64,000 nucleotides of DNA, taken from the NCBI GenBank assembly GCA_965223155.1, contig CBDCVR010000015.1:32001-96000 (forward strand), read 5' to 3'. This stretch comes from Candidatus Multivoradales bacterium (lineage in GTDB: Bacteria > Acidobacteriota > Thermoanaerobaculia > Multivoradales > JAHEKO01). Below, one piece after another: positions 7,545 to 18,068 of the stretch. The notes beneath the pieces were generated by a model. That model did not search any database, had not been told where the DNA came from, and was given only the letters and a program-made list of their open reading frames with translations. Position 1 is the stretch's first letter, and the number at the start of each line of letters is the position of its first letter. The position numbers were made by a program, and so were the translations under genes.

Positions 7545-8924
7545 TCAAGCCGCCGGCGCGCTGGCTTCGCGCCGCGCCACGAACAGCAGCCACGCGATCC
7601 CGGCCAGGACTTCGACACCGGCGAAGACCAGAAAGCCCGTGCGCAGGTCCAGCCAGCCCATCTCGAGCAGAACGCTGGCGGCCAGGATCGACACCGAGTC
7701 GGTGAGCGTGATGAGCAGCCACTCGGTAGCGAAGACCCGTCCCCGATAGCGATCCTCGGTGCGCTCCTGAAGGAGCACGGTCGAGGTCACCCAGTTGGCT
7801 CCGCTGGTCGCGTGGGCGCCGAGTATCAAGACGAGAAGCAGCCAGGTCCATGGCAAGAGGCCGACCCCCAGATAGAGGATGCCCGTGGCGGCGATACCCA
7901 GACCCATCATGCGCGGCCACAGCCGGCGCTCGGGCACGTAGGCACGAGCCGCGATCGGACCGAGGCCGGTACCGATGCCGCGGACGGCAAAGAGCCAGCC
8001 AATCCCGATCGCCGGCGCCGCCGGCGCCAGGATCGGTCCCAGGAGCGCCAGCATATAGACCAGAGCACCGCCGCCGGTCGACCAGGTGGCCTTGGCGAAG
8101 GCGATCCGCGCGACCGCCGGGTGGCGGCGCAGGTACCCAAGGCCAGCGCGTACGTCAGCCACCGCCGCCCGCAGCAACGAACCCGGCGCGCCCGGCTCGG
8201 TGCGCTGCGGGATCTGGGTCCCCGCCACCAGAACCGCCGACACCAGGTACGTCCCGCTGTCCAGGAGAAAGACGCCGTACGGTCCGATGGCCTCGGTCAG
8301 GAATCCGCCCAGGGCGGCGCCCACCGCCAGCAGCGTCGACCAGGTGGCCGCCGACAGCGCGTTCGCGGTCAGGAGCTCGCGCTTGGAGACGATGTTCGGG
8401 ATGGCCGCGCTGCGGGCAGGGATGAAGAAGGCTCCGGCCGCCATCTGAAGGGCCGAAAGCACGTAGAGAAACGGCATGTGCTCGGGCCGGCGCACCAGCA
8501 GGAAACCCAGAAGCACGACCGCGCGGGCCAGATCCGCCCAGATCATGAGCCGCTTCCGGGAGACCCGGTCGGCCACCAACCCGGCCACCGGCGAGGCCAG
8601 GGCGAAGGGCAGCATCTTGGCCACGAAGATCAGGCCCAGCGCGAACGGCGAGCCGGTCAGGTTCTCGATCAGCCGGTAGACCGCGATGGTCGAGAACCAG
8701 TCCCCGAGATCGGAGGCGATGGCTCCGAACCAGAGCCGCCGGAAGTCGCGGTTGGTGCGAACGAGCTCGAGGTAGCCGACCTCGCCCTGGCCGGCCGCGA
8801 CTTCCCGGCCTTCTTCGGGCAGGCGTGGCCCGCAAGCGTCGGCACGGTTCGCATCGACAAGGCCCGCGTCGGCCGATTCCCGCGCGCCCTCTCCGGGCAC
8901 GCCTCCGGTCTCAGCTTCGGACAA
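7545..8924 (-). CDS. MFS transporter
   Basis: NRDFRRLWFG, GLVADRVSRKRLM (motif A), RYRGRV; about 12 TM segments. Confidence 0.9.
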   Translation of the reverse strand: MSEAETGGVPGEGARESADAGLVDANRADACGPRLPEEGREVAAGQGEVGYLELVRTNRDFRRLWFGAIASDLGDWFSTIAVYRLIENLTGSPFALGLIFVAKMLPFALASPVAGLVADRVSRKRLMIWADLARAVVLLGFLLVRRPEHMPFLYVLSALQMAAGAFFIPARSAAIPNIVSKRELLTANALSAATWSTLLAVGAALGGFLTEAIGPYGVFLLDSGTYLVSAVLVAGTQIPQRTEPGAPGSLLRAAVADVRAGLGYLRRHPAVARIAFAKATWSTGGGALVYMLALLGPILAPAAPAIGIGWLFAVRGIGTGLGPIAARAYVPERRLWPRMMGLGIAATGILYLGVGLLPWTWLLLVLILGAHATSGANWVTSTVLLQERTEDRYRGRVFATEWLLITLTDSVSILAASVLLEMGWLDLRTGFLVFAGVEVLAGIAWLLFVARREASAPAA

Positions 8925-9576
8925 GGTCGGCCAGGAAGTCTTGCGCGGCCCGGCGAAACTCCGCCGTCCATTCGTGTCCGCCGGAGAAGCGGCAAGTCTC
9001 GACCTTCGTGCCCTCGGCGCGCAAGGCCGCGGCGTCGATCTCGAGCTGCTCGCGGTCGAACCAGGTGTCCTCGCTGCCCAATCCGATCAAGACGCGGGGA
9101 ATCGGCCGAGCCCCAGGGGCAGCGAAGAGGTCCGGAGGCAGATCGCCGGCGAGCGCGACGACCGCGTCGCAGGGCTCCCCGCCGAGGGCGGCTGCCCGGT
9201 AGGCCATCGAAGTGCCCTGGGAAAAGCCCAGGAAAACCGTCGGCCCCGAGACCTCGACGGTCTCGCGAAGCCGAGCCAGCGCCGCGCCCACGTAGGCCAC
9301 GTTGTCGGCGATCGCTCGTTCCCGGTCGAGCTTGGTCATCCAACTCGCGATGACGTCGCCGGTGCGGCGGTTGTAGAAGGGATGAAGGGCTTGGATCGAA
9401 GCCAGGTGCCAGGCTTCGATGCCCGGGACCTCGGCCGCGGCTTCGAGCAGGATCTCGGCGTTCTCGCCGTAGCCATGAAAGAGGACCAGCAGCGGCGCCC
9501 TCTTGGCGGCAGAGGCCCGGACCAACGCCCGACCGTGCACGGTAGCGGGTACCGACAGAACCCGGTCCTGGCTCAT
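8911..9576 (-). CDS. Alpha/beta hydrolase (phospholipase/carboxylesterase family)
   Basis: HGYG, GFSQG nucleophile elbow, GGH; ATG 9576 overlaps the trpA stop. Confidence 0.85.
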   Translation of the reverse strand: MSQDRVLSVPATVHGRALVRASAAKRAPLLVLFHGYGENAEILLEAAAEVPGIEAWHLASIQALHPFYNRRTGDVIASWMTKLDRERAIADNVAYVGAALARLRETVEVSGPTVFLGFSQGTSMAYRAAALGGEPCDAVVALAGDLPPDLFAAPGARPIPRVLIGLGSEDTWFDREQLEIDAAALRAEGTKVETCRFSGGHEWTAEFRRAAQDFLADLVRS

Positions 9577-10376
9577 CGCGCCATCGCCTCCCGCAGGCTC
9601 GCCGCCGAGCGCTCGACGGCCGCGGCCAGCTCGGCCGGGTCTTCGAAGCTCTCGATCAGCTCGACCAGCGCGCTGCCCACGACGACGCCGTCGGCGACCC
9701 GGCCCACGGTCCGGGCCTGCTCGGGAGTCGCGATCCCGAAGCCCACCGCCACCGGCAGCCCGGCTTTTCGCCGCAGGCGCTTGATCCGGCCCAAGACCTT
9801 CTTGGCGAAGGCCGTCTCGGCCCCCGTGACCCCGGTTCTGGGGAGAAAGTAGACGAAGCCCGTGGCTGCCGCCAGCACTTCCTGGACTCGTTTTCGGTCG
9901 CTGGTCGGAGCGACCAGAAAGACCGTCTCCAAGCCCCGGCTCCGAAGCGCCTCGAGATAGCCCGTGGCCGCCGCCTCGGCCGGCGGCAGATCCAGACACA
10001 GGACGCCATCCACGCCCGAGGCCGCGGCGCGCTCGGCCGTCCGCTCCAGCCCCTGGACCTGGAGCGGGTTGAAGTACGAAAAAAGGACGATGGGAATTTC
10101 ACTCTCGGCCCGCACCTCGGCCACCAGGCTCAGCACCGCCGAGAGGCCGGCACCGGCGGCCAGAGCCCGGGCGGCCGAGCGCTGATTGACCGGTCCGTCA
10201 GCGATCGGGTCGCTGAACGGAACGCCCAGCTCGATGATGTCGGCGCCGGCCCGGATCAGGGCGAGGACGAGCTCCAGGGAGACCTCCGGTGAGGGGTCGC
10301 CGGCGGTCAGATAGGGAATGAAGGCCGCCCGCTTCTCGGCACGGCAGCGTTCGAAGACCTCTGCAATGCGGCTCAC
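9573..10376 (-). CDS. trpA: Tryptophan synthase alpha subunit
   Basis: [34 protein letters not shown]. Confidence 0.97.
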   Translation of the reverse strand: MSRIAEVFERCRAEKRAAFIPYLTAGDPSPEVSLELVLALIRAGADIIELGVPFSDPIADGPVNQRSAARALAAGAGLSAVLSLVAEVRAESEIPIVLFSYFNPLQVQGLERTAERAAASGVDGVLCLDLPPAEAAATGYLEALRSRGLETVFLVAPTSDRKRVQEVLAAATGFVYFLPRTGVTGAETAFAKKVLGRIKRLRRKAGLPVAVGFGIATPEQARTVGRVADGVVVGSALVELIESFEDPAELAAAVERSAASLREAMAR

Positions 10377-11605
10377 GAGCTTCCCGCCTCCGGCAACTCC
10401 AGCACCGACTCCACGTCTTTGTCCCCCCGGCCCGAGAGGTTGACCAGGACGATCTTGCCGCTGTCCAGCCGGGGCGCGCGCCTGGCCACCTCGGCGAGAG
10501 CGTGGGCCGATTCGAGCGCGGGCAGGATGCCCTCGGTCGCGGCCAGGAGCCGGAACGCCGCCACCGCCTCGTCGTCGCTCGCCGTCGTGTACTCGGTCCG
10601 ACCCAGCTCCTTCAAGGCGACATGCTCGGGTCCCACGGCCGGGTAGTCGAGTCCGGCCGAGACTGAGTGGGTCGCCGCGATCTGACCGTCGGCGTCCTGC
10701 AACACCCGCGTCTTGGTCCCGTGGAGCACGCCGATGCCGCCGCCGGCAAACCGGGCCGCGTGCTGCCCCAAGAGGGCGCCGGTCCCGCCGGCCTCGACCC
10801 CCAGCAGTCGCACCCGCTCATCGCCCAGGAAGGCTCCGAAGAGTCCGATGGCGTTCGAGCCCCCGCCCACGCAGGCCACGGCCAGGTCGGGCCAGTCCCG
10901 GCCCGCCTGCTTCTTGAGCTGCCGCTTCGCCTCGACTCCGATGACGCTGTGAAAATCCCGGACCATGGCCGGGTACGGATGTGGCCCGAGCACCGAGCCC
11001 AGCACGTAGTGGGTGGTCTCGACGTTCGTGACCCAATCGCGCAGCGCCTCGTTGATGGCGTCCTTAAGCGTGCGGCTGCCTCCCTCGACCGGGGTCACGG
11101 AGGCTCCGAGCAGGCGCATCCGCTCGACGTTCAACCGCTGGCGCGCCATGTCTTCGGTGCCCATGTAGACGACGCACTCCAGGCCCAAGAGAGCGGCAAC
11201 GGTCGCCGTGGCAACGCCGTGCTGGCCGGCTCCGGTCTCTGCGATAAGGCGGCCCTTCCCCATCTCCACGGCCAGAAGCGCCTGGCCGAGGGCGTTGTTG
11301 ATCTTGTGCGCGCCGGTGTGGAGGAGGTCTTCGCGCTTGAGATAGATCCGCGCTCCTCCCAGCTTCGCGCTCAGCCGTTCGGCGAGATAGAGCGGCGTCG
11401 GCCGGCCCGCGTAGTGCGTCAGGAGCTCGCGCAGGCGCTTCTTGAAGCGCCGCCGCCGCGCCAGCGTGGCGTAGGCTCGCTCGAGCTCCTGCAGCGGAGC
11501 CATCAAGGTCTCGGGCACGAAACGGCCGCCGTAGGCGCCGAAGTACCCGGCCGCGTCCGGAAAGCCCGCAGACCGTCCTCCCCCGCCGCTCCTACGCCGA
11601 GACAC
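10373..11605 (-). CDS. trpB: Tryptophan synthase beta subunit
   Basis: [11 protein letters not shown] (PLP lysine), [29 protein letters not shown]. Confidence 0.98.
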   Translation of the reverse strand: MSRRRSGGGGRSAGFPDAAGYFGAYGGRFVPETLMAPLQELERAYATLARRRRFKKRLRELLTHYAGRPTPLYLAERLSAKLGGARIYLKREDLLHTGAHKINNALGQALLAVEMGKGRLIAETGAGQHGVATATVAALLGLECVVYMGTEDMARQRLNVERMRLLGASVTPVEGGSRTLKDAINEALRDWVTNVETTHYVLGSVLGPHPYPAMVRDFHSVIGVEAKRQLKKQAGRDWPDLAVACVGGGSNAIGLFGAFLGDERVRLLGVEAGGTGALLGQHAARFAGGGIGVLHGTKTRVLQDADGQIAATHSVSAGLDYPAVGPEHVALKELGRTEYTTASDDEAVAAFRLLAATEGILPALESAHALAEVARRAPRLDSGKIVLVNLSGRGDKDVESVLELPEAGSS

Positions 11606-12251
11606 GGGCTACCTCCTGGAAGAACCGGTGCATCAGCTCGGCGTCTTTCCTGCCCGGAGCGCTCTCGACCCCGGACGCGACGTCCACACCCCAGGGCCGA
11701 GCCGCCATGATGGCCTCGGCCACGTTGTCGGGGCCGAGGCCTCCGGCGAGGAGAAAGGGCCTGGCGCCAAATGACCCAGGCGATGCCCGGGAAAGCCGCC
11801 GGGAGAACTGGCGCGCCAAAGAGTAGTCCCACGAGCGGCCGGTGCCGCCGTAGGCACTCTGCCGCCGGGCTTCGACCAGAAAGCCCCAGGCATCCGGATA
11901 CCCGTCCAGCTCCTCGTCGCTCGGACACCGATCGACGCGCAGCACCTTGAGCGCGCGGTCGCCATGGCGCGCCGCCTCGTCCGGTCCCTCGTCGCCATGA
12001 AGCTGCACGAGATCCGGCTCCACGGTCTCCAACACACGATCGATCTCCGAAGCCGATTGGTTGACGAAAACGGCCACCAGACTGGTCCGCCCGCGCACGG
12101 CATCGGCGATCTCGCGCGCCCTCGCCACGTCGATCCGCCTGGGACTGACGGCGGCAAAGTTGAGGCCGAGGAAGTCGGCTCCCAGATCGACCGCCGCCGA
12201 CGCGTCCTCGACCGTGGTGAGACCGCAAATCTTGACTCGAACGGAAGGCAT
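11592..12251 (-). CDS. trpF: Phosphoribosylanthranilate isomerase
   Basis: [31 protein letters not shown]; start set at [10 protein letters not shown]. Confidence 0.95.
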   Translation of the reverse strand: MPSVRVKICGLTTVEDASAAVDLGADFLGLNFAAVSPRRIDVARAREIADAVRGRTSLVAVFVNQSASEIDRVLETVEPDLVQLHGDEGPDEAARHGDRALKVLRVDRCPSDEELDGYPDAWGFLVEARRQSAYGGTGRSWDYSLARQFSRRLSRASPGSFGARPFLLAGGLGPDNVAEAIMAARPWGVDVASGVESAPGRKDAELMHRFFQEVARVSA

Positions 12252-12417
12252 GGCATGACTCTCCAGAGCGGCCGAGTCTACGCCTTTGGGACCTGGCAAG
12301 ACATCCCGCCGGACGGGCACAACGGCGGTAGGTGGGCACGCCGAGCGCGCGCGTCTCGGTCCATGCGCCGGGTGTCAGGGAACCTCGCGGACCTTGCCGC
12401 GTGGACCTCACAAGGTC

Positions 12418-13335
12418 TCATCGGGGCTCACTAGGATCTCGGTCGGCTCCGGAACCCATGCCCGAGCCGGAATCCGGCACCGCCAGTTCGGCCGGCGCCG
12501 CCAGCTCGGTCGGCGCCGCCAGCTCGGCCAACAGCCGGCCGGGATCAGAAGCCATGAGCAAGGACTCGCCGACCAGGAAGGCGTCGAAGCCCGCCTGCGC
12601 CAGCCGATCAACGTCCGCCGCCGTGGCGATCCCGCTCTCGGCCACCTTGAGCGCTGTGGGCGGCAGCCCGCCGATCGCCTCGATCGAGCGATCGAGCGAG
12701 ACCTCGAAGGTCCGCAGGTTCCGGTTGTTGACCCCGACCAGCTCCCAAGAGCCGCCGCCGAGCCTGTCCAAGTCGTCCGGGTCATGAGTTTCGACGAGCG
12801 GCGCCAGCCCACGGCGCCGGGCGTAGCCGGCCCAGGCGGCGAGCTGGCTCCGCGAGTAGAGGCACGCAATCAGGAGCACCGCGTCGGCTCCAGCGGCCGC
12901 CGCGCGGTCGATCTGTTCGGTGCAGACGACGAAGTCCTTGGCGAGGGTGGGCAGGCCCGCGGCCCGCTTCGAGCGGCGCAGCAGCTCGTAGCTGCCGCCA
13001 AAGGCGTCGGGCTCGACCACCACCGAAATCGCCGCCGCCCCGTAGCGCCGGTACGTCGCCGCCTGGGCTTCTGGATCCACCCGCCCGGCGAGGCTACCGA
13101 TTCGGGGTGAGCCCAGCTTGATCTCGGCCACGATCGCCCGGCCCGCCCGCGCCCGAAGGGCGGCCAGGAAGGGATTTGCCCGGGAACTCGGTTCGTTCTC
13201 GAGCTCAAGATCCGGGGGCTCGAAGTCCTCGACGCCCTCGGCCGCCAGACGTCGTTGGCGCCGCTCGACGATCCGGGCGAGGACGTCGGGGATGTTCGCG
13301 CCTTCCTCCGCGCCGGCTCGGCTACGATCCCGCAT
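12418..13335 (-). CDS. trpC: Indole-3-glycerol phosphate synthase
   Basis: AEIKLGSP, KDFVV, GADAVLLI, GVNNRNL, VAESGI, LVGESL. Confidence 0.95.
   Translation of the reverse strand: MRDRSRAGAEEGANIPDVLARIVERRQRRLAAEGVEDFEPPDLELENEPSSRANPFLAALRARAGRAIVAEIKLGSPRIGSLAGRVDPEAQAATYRRYGAAAISVVVEPDAFGGSYELLRRSKRAAGLPTLAKDFVVCTEQIDRAAAAGADAVLLIACLYSRSQLAAWAGYARRRGLAPLVETHDPDDLDRLGGGSWELVGVNNRNLRTFEVSLDRSIEAIGGLPPTALKVAESGIATAADVDRLAQAGFDAFLVGESLLMASDPGRLLAELAAPTELAAPAELAVPDSGSGMGSGADRDPSEPR
12481..12529. repeat. 18-bp in-frame tandem repeat (about 2.7 copies) in the trpC tail
   Basis: cgccagttcggccggcgc / cgccagctcggtcggcgc / cgccagctcggcc, encoding AELAAP-TELAAP-AELAVP. Confidence 0.8.
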
Positions 13336-13339
13336 GCCG

Positions 13340-14356
13340 TCAGCGGCCCGCCCGCAGCCGGTCCAGCAGGGTGCGCGCCTCGCCCCCGTCGATCGTCTCG
13401 AAGGCTAGGGCGACTCCGGCGGCGATCGATTCGGCGCGGCCGCCGACGTAGAGGGCCGCGCCCGCGTTGGCCGCAGTCACTTCCCGAAGCGGTCCCGGAG
13501 CCCCGGCCATCACCGCTGCCATTGCCTCGGCGTTATCCCCCGGCTCACCGCCGCGCAAGGCCTCGGGGGCCACGCGCTCCAAGCCGAGATCCTCGGGGGT
13601 CAGCCGCCGCGTGGCAACGCCGCTCGGCCGAACCTCGGCTGCGAAGGTTTCGGCGGCGGTCGTGATCTCGTCCAGTCCGTCCTCGCCGTGCACCACCAGC
13701 GCGTGCTCGGCGCCCAGGGCCAGAAGCGCGTCGGCCACGATCTCGACCAGCTCCCGGGCGTAGACGCCGACCAGCTGGCGCTTGGCGCCGGCCGGATTCA
13801 GGAGCGGTCCCAGCACGTTGAAGAGGGTGCGCACTCCCAGCTCCCGGCGCACCGGCATGACCTCCCGAATCGCCGGATGGTAGCTGGGAGCAAACAGGAA
13901 GCACAGGCCCAAACTCTCGAGCTGGACCGCGGCCGCTTCGGGCTCGACCACCACCGGCACGCCCAGCGCCTCCAGAACGTCGGCGCTGCCGGACTTGCTG
14001 GACACGGACCGGTTGCCGTGCTTGGCCACCGGCACGCCGGCCGCCGCGGCGACCATCGCCGCCGCCGTCGAGATGTTGAAGGTCCCCCGGCCGTCGCCGC
14101 CGGTCCCGCAGGTATCGACGACCCCGGCAACCCGGTGCGGCACCGGGCGGATCCGAGCGCGCAAAGCGCGGGCGGCACCGCCGATCTCCGCCGCGGTCTC
14201 GCCCTTGGTGGCGAGAGCGGCGAGCAGGGCGGCCTGGAGCGCGGCCGGAACCTCGCCATCCAGGAGCCAGTCCATCAAGCGCTCCATCTCCCCGGCCGAG
14301 AGCGCCCGGCCCGAGATCAGAATCGCCAGCGCGTCTTGGGGTGTTTCGATCGTCAT
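13340..14356 (-). CDS. trpD: Anthranilate phosphoribosyltransferase
   Basis: DTCGTGGDG, FNIST, KHGNRSVSSKSGSADVLE, GLDEI; ATGA overlap with trpG. Confidence 0.96.
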   Translation of the reverse strand: MTIETPQDALAILISGRALSAGEMERLMDWLLDGEVPAALQAALLAALATKGETAAEIGGAARALRARIRPVPHRVAGVVDTCGTGGDGRGTFNISTAAAMVAAAAGVPVAKHGNRSVSSKSGSADVLEALGVPVVVEPEAAAVQLESLGLCFLFAPSYHPAIREVMPVRRELGVRTLFNVLGPLLNPAGAKRQLVGVYARELVEIVADALLALGAEHALVVHGEDGLDEITTAAETFAAEVRPSGVATRRLTPEDLGLERVAPEALRGGEPGDNAEAMAAVMAGAPGPLREVTAANAGAALYVGGRAESIAAGVALAFETIDGGEARTLLDRLRAGR

Positions 14357-14940
14357 GGGCCGACCTCCCCGACCTGGGTACAGAGCCGCAAGAAGTTCTC
14401 CACCAAGCGGCCGCCGCTGGGCGTCGCGATCGACTCGGGGTGAAACTGGACGCCCCAGTACGGCAGCGAGCGGTGGCGCAGGCCCTGGATGGTCTCTTCC
14501 TCGCTCCAGGCCACGGCCTCCAGCTCGGCGGGCAGCGAGTCGGCCGCTACTTCCAAGCTGTGGTACCGGGTCGCCTCGAACGGGTTGGGAAGATCGGCAA
14601 AGATGCCGACGCCCGCGTGGCGTACTTGCGACGTCTTGCCGTGCATCAAGCGGCGGGCCCGCTGCACCCGGCCACCGAAAGCCATGCCCAGAGCCTGCTG
14701 GCCGAGACACACGCCCAGGAGAGGAACTAGCGGCCGCCGAGCCAGGAGCTCGAGGCAGACTCCGGCCCCCTCGGGCCGGCCCGGGCCCGGGGACAGGACG
14801 ATGCCGGCCGGCCTCATGTCCAGGAGCTCGGCGGCGGTCTTGGCGTCGTTGCGGATGACTTCGGTCTCGACTCCCGCGGCCCGGATCAACTGAACCAGGT
14901 TGTAGGTAAACGAGTCGTAGTTGTCGATCATGAGAATCAT
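14353..14940 (-). CDS. trpG: Anthranilate synthase component II (glutamine amidotransferase)
   Basis: IDNYDSFTYNL, SPGPG, GVCLG, RYHSL, QFHPES. Confidence 0.95.
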   Translation of the reverse strand: MILMIDNYDSFTYNLVQLIRAAGVETEVIRNDAKTAAELLDMRPAGIVLSPGPGRPEGAGVCLELLARRPLVPLLGVCLGQQALGMAFGGRVQRARRLMHGKTSQVRHAGVGIFADLPNPFEATRYHSLEVAADSLPAELEAVAWSEEETIQGLRHRSLPYWGVQFHPESIATPSGGRLVENFLRLCTQVGEVGP

Positions 14941-16394
14941 CGGCGGTCCCCCGTCGCGGCCGACGCCGAGTGCCCCGCCAACGAGCGCGCCAGACCGACC
15001 GCCGCCAGCAGAGCCGCCGCCTTGTCCCGCGTTTCGCGCTCCTCTCTGGCGGGATCCGAGTCGGCCACGATGCCGGCGCCGGCGGTCACCCGCAGTGTGT
15101 CGTCCCGGACAACAAACGTCCGCAACGTGATGCAGGTATCCATGTCGCCGGTAAAGGCAAGGTAGCCGACCGCGCCCGCATACGGCCCTCGGGCCACCGG
15201 CTCGAGCTCGTCGATGATCTGGATGGCGCGGATCTTGGGCGCCCCGGACACGGTGCCGGCGGGAAAGCAGGCCAGGAGCGCGTCCAGAGCCTCGATCCCG
15301 TCCTCCAGCTCGGCTTCCACCCCGGACACCAGATGCATGACGTGACTGTAGCGCTCGATCTCGCGAAACGTGGGCACGCGGACGGTGCCCGGCACCGCCA
15401 CCTTGCCCACGTCGTTACGGCCCAGGTCGACCAGCATCAGGTGCTCGGCGGACTCCTTGGCGTCGGCGGCCAGCTCCTCGGCCAAGCGGCGATCTTCCTC
15501 GGCGGTCTTGCCCCGGCGGCGGGTGCCGGCGATCGGGCGGGTCTCGATCCGGCTTCCGGCCTTGCGCGCCAACATCTCGGGTGAGGCTCCGACCAGGGCC
15601 GCCTCGGGCGTCTCGAGCAGAACCATGTACGGGCTCGGATTCACCGCGCGCAGCGCCCGGTAGAGATCGAGTGGCGCCATCTCTCCCAGATCCAAGTCGA
15701 AATGACGCGCCAACACCACTTGGAACACGTCGCCCGCTGCGATCCACTCGCGCGCTCGCTCCACCGCCTCGCCGTAGTCGGAGTCCGACAGGCTGGAGCG
15801 GGCGGCCGGAGGCTCTCCGGGTTCCACGAGCGGCTCGGCTCCGCGCGGCCTGCCGGCCTCCGCGAGCAGATCGGAGAGCCGGTCGAGGTCGCGGCGCGCC
15901 TCGACCTCGGACACTTCGCCTTCGATCTCATTGGCGACGGCTACGACCCGCTGGCGGGCGCGGTCGAAGACGACCAGATTGTCGAACCGCCCCAGAAACG
16001 CGGCAGGCAGGCCTTCCGGATCGGGCGGCCGGTCTGGCAGGTGCTCGATCCAGCGCACCAGATCGAAGCCGAAATAGCCCAGATAGCCACCGGCGAACGG
16101 CAGCTCCGCGATCTCGGACGGTTCGGAGCGCACCGCCTCGAGCTCACGCCGCAGGGCGGCGATCGGGTCGTCGCCGGACACGGCCTCGCCGTCGATCCGA
16201 AGCGACTCGTCGTCGAGCTCGACGACGCGGCGCGGCCCGCACCCGAGGAAGCTATAGCGCGAGACATGCTCGCCGCCGGTGACGCTCTCGAGCAGGAACC
16301 TCACCGGCGACAGCTTGGCCAGGCGCTCGGAGACGCCGACCGGCGTCAGCGCGTCCGCCAGGAACTCTCGGAGGTGCGGACGGGCGCGCCTCAT
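14937..16394 (-). CDS. trpE: Anthranilate synthase component I
   Basis: LLES and NPSPYM feedback motifs, PIAGT, EHLMLVDLGRND, PAGTVSGAPK. Confidence 0.96.
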   Translation of the reverse strand: MRRARPHLREFLADALTPVGVSERLAKLSPVRFLLESVTGGEHVSRYSFLGCGPRRVVELDDESLRIDGEAVSGDDPIAALRRELEAVRSEPSEIAELPFAGGYLGYFGFDLVRWIEHLPDRPPDPEGLPAAFLGRFDNLVVFDRARQRVVAVANEIEGEVSEVEARRDLDRLSDLLAEAGRPRGAEPLVEPGEPPAARSSLSDSDYGEAVERAREWIAAGDVFQVVLARHFDLDLGEMAPLDLYRALRAVNPSPYMVLLETPEAALVGASPEMLARKAGSRIETRPIAGTRRRGKTAEEDRRLAEELAADAKESAEHLMLVDLGRNDVGKVAVPGTVRVPTFREIERYSHVMHLVSGVEAELEDGIEALDALLACFPAGTVSGAPKIRAIQIIDELEPVARGPYAGAVGYLAFTGDMDTCITLRTFVVRDDTLRVTAGAGIVADSDPAREERETRDKAAALLAAVGLARSLAGHSASAATGDRR

Positions 16395-17911
16395 CCGTCC
16401 CCCTCCGGGGCGCCTGCGGGCCCGAGGCCCAGAGCGCGGGCGGCCGCCTCACGGTCCAGCTCCCGGCCGGTCATCAAGCGAAACTGGGATACCGCCTGGT
16501 GCAACAGCATCTCGCGGCCGTCGATCACCCGCACTCCCCGGATGGCGAGCTCCGCCGCAAGGCCCGTCCGCCGATCCCGGCTGTAGGTCATGTCGAGCAC
16601 CACCGGCGCCCGCCTGTCGGCCTCGACCGCTTGCGGGCCGAAGACCCCAGCGTCCCGAGCAGCACCCAGCGGCGTGGCGTTGACTACGAGATCGAAGTCC
16701 GTGGGCCGGAAGGCTCCGAGCTCCAGGTACTCCGCGCCCAGCTCGCGAGCCACCCTCGAGCCCCTTGCCGCGCTCCGGTTGACCAAGGTCACCGAAGCTC
16801 CCTCGGCAGCCAGAGCCAGAATCGCCGCCTTGCCCGCGCCGCCCGCGCCCACCACCGCCGCCTTGCGCCCGAACGGCGAGAGCGCGTGCGCGGCGAGCGC
16901 GCCCATCACCCCCTCGGGATCGGTGCTCTCGGCCTCCCAGACCCCCTGCCGCCGCACCAGGGTGTTGGCCGCGCCGAGGCGCTCGACCAGGGGACTGGCG
17001 GCGCCGGCAACCGCCGCCGCGATTTCCTTGAAGGGAGCCGTCACGCTGAGGCCGGACAGCTCGAAGCCCACCTCGCGCAGGCCCCGGCCTTCGACCACGT
17101 CGAGCCAGAAGTCTCCGAAGACGGGCACCTCGAAGGGCAGGTACAGCGCCTCGATCCCGAGCTGCCGGTACATCGTGTTGTAGAGGCGGGGCGAGAGGCT
17201 GTGAAGCGCCGGCCGGCCCACAATTCCGAACAAGCGTTCCGCCGGCGCCTGCCGGGGCAGGCCGTAGTCCACCACCAGCTGGGCGACCGAGAACTGGCCC
17301 GCGGCCGCCGGCTCGGGCTGGCATTGAGCGTAGATCCAGCCTGAGCCCAGGCGCGGCGCCAGCAACCGGGTCCACGCCCCGGCGTTTCCGGCGGCGAAGG
17401 CCACGATCCGATCGCGAGCCTCGGGCGCGGTTGCCGGCAGGGCCAGCGGCGCCAGCCCCTCGACCGGGCGCTCGATCCAGCTCACCAGCTTGTAGAGCGC
17501 CGCTTCGGTTTCGAGCATGGCGGCCAAGCGGCCGCGCAGGCTCGGCAGGTCGCCGCCCCGGCCATGCCAGGACAGGATGCGGCGTTCCGGCGGCACGGCT
17601 TCGAGCACCTCCGGAACCAGATCGCGATCGGCCTCGAGGTCGATCCACTCGAACCGCCCGGCTGCCGCCCGCAGCTGCCGGGCCCGCGCCGCCGGTTCCT
17701 GGGGACCGCGACCGCCCTCGGTCTGGCTGCGCAGGGTGAAGATCATGGGTTTGCCCACGAGCGACCGGGCCAACGCCGGATCCTCGCTGCCGAGGAGATC
17801 CGCTCGCCACTCCAGGGCGTGCGCAGGCTCGACTCCGGGCACCTCGCCGGCCGCCCGCACCGGCGAAGTCAGGCAGGCAACGAGGAAGGCGTCCCCAGGC
17901 CGGGCGCTCAT
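16391..17911 (-). CDS. aroDE: Fused type I 3-dehydroquinate dehydratase / shikimate dehydrogenase (AroD-AroE)
   Basis: N-terminal EWRAD, FTLRSQTEGG, SWH, YKL; C-terminal HSLSP, SVTAPFK, GAANT, GAGGAG, NATPLG, MLLHQA; start uncertain. Confidence 0.88.
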   Translation of the reverse strand: MSARPGDAFLVACLTSPVRAAGEVPGVEPAHALEWRADLLGSEDPALARSLVGKPMIFTLRSQTEGGRGPQEPAARARQLRAAAGRFEWIDLEADRDLVPEVLEAVPPERRILSWHGRGGDLPSLRGRLAAMLETEAALYKLVSWIERPVEGLAPLALPATAPEARDRIVAFAAGNAGAWTRLLAPRLGSGWIYAQCQPEPAAAGQFSVAQLVVDYGLPRQAPAERLFGIVGRPALHSLSPRLYNTMYRQLGIEALYLPFEVPVFGDFWLDVVEGRGLREVGFELSGLSVTAPFKEIAAAVAGAASPLVERLGAANTLVRRQGVWEAESTDPEGVMGALAAHALSPFGRKAAVVGAGGAGKAAILALAAEGASVTLVNRSAARGSRVARELGAEYLELGAFRPTDFDLVVNATPLGAARDAGVFGPQAVEADRRAPVVLDMTYSRDRRTGLAAELAIRGVRVIDGREMLLHQAVSQFRLMTGRELDREAAARALGLGPAGAPEGDG

Positions 17912-18068
17912 GATCGCTCCGGCTCGAGCGGTCGGCTCGCGGTGCCCGCGCCGCGCGCAAACGGTTCGGTCTCTGACGGCCTGCTCATCGGTTTCGGCGC
18001 TCCGCGCAAAGGCTGAAGGATACCTCGGCATGCCTTGATACCATCGCGCCCGTTCCGAGGACTTTTCT

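Noticed and set aside
17912-18068. trp attenuator or T-box
   Set aside because: No Trp-codon leader peptide, terminator/antiterminator pair or T-box sequence was seen
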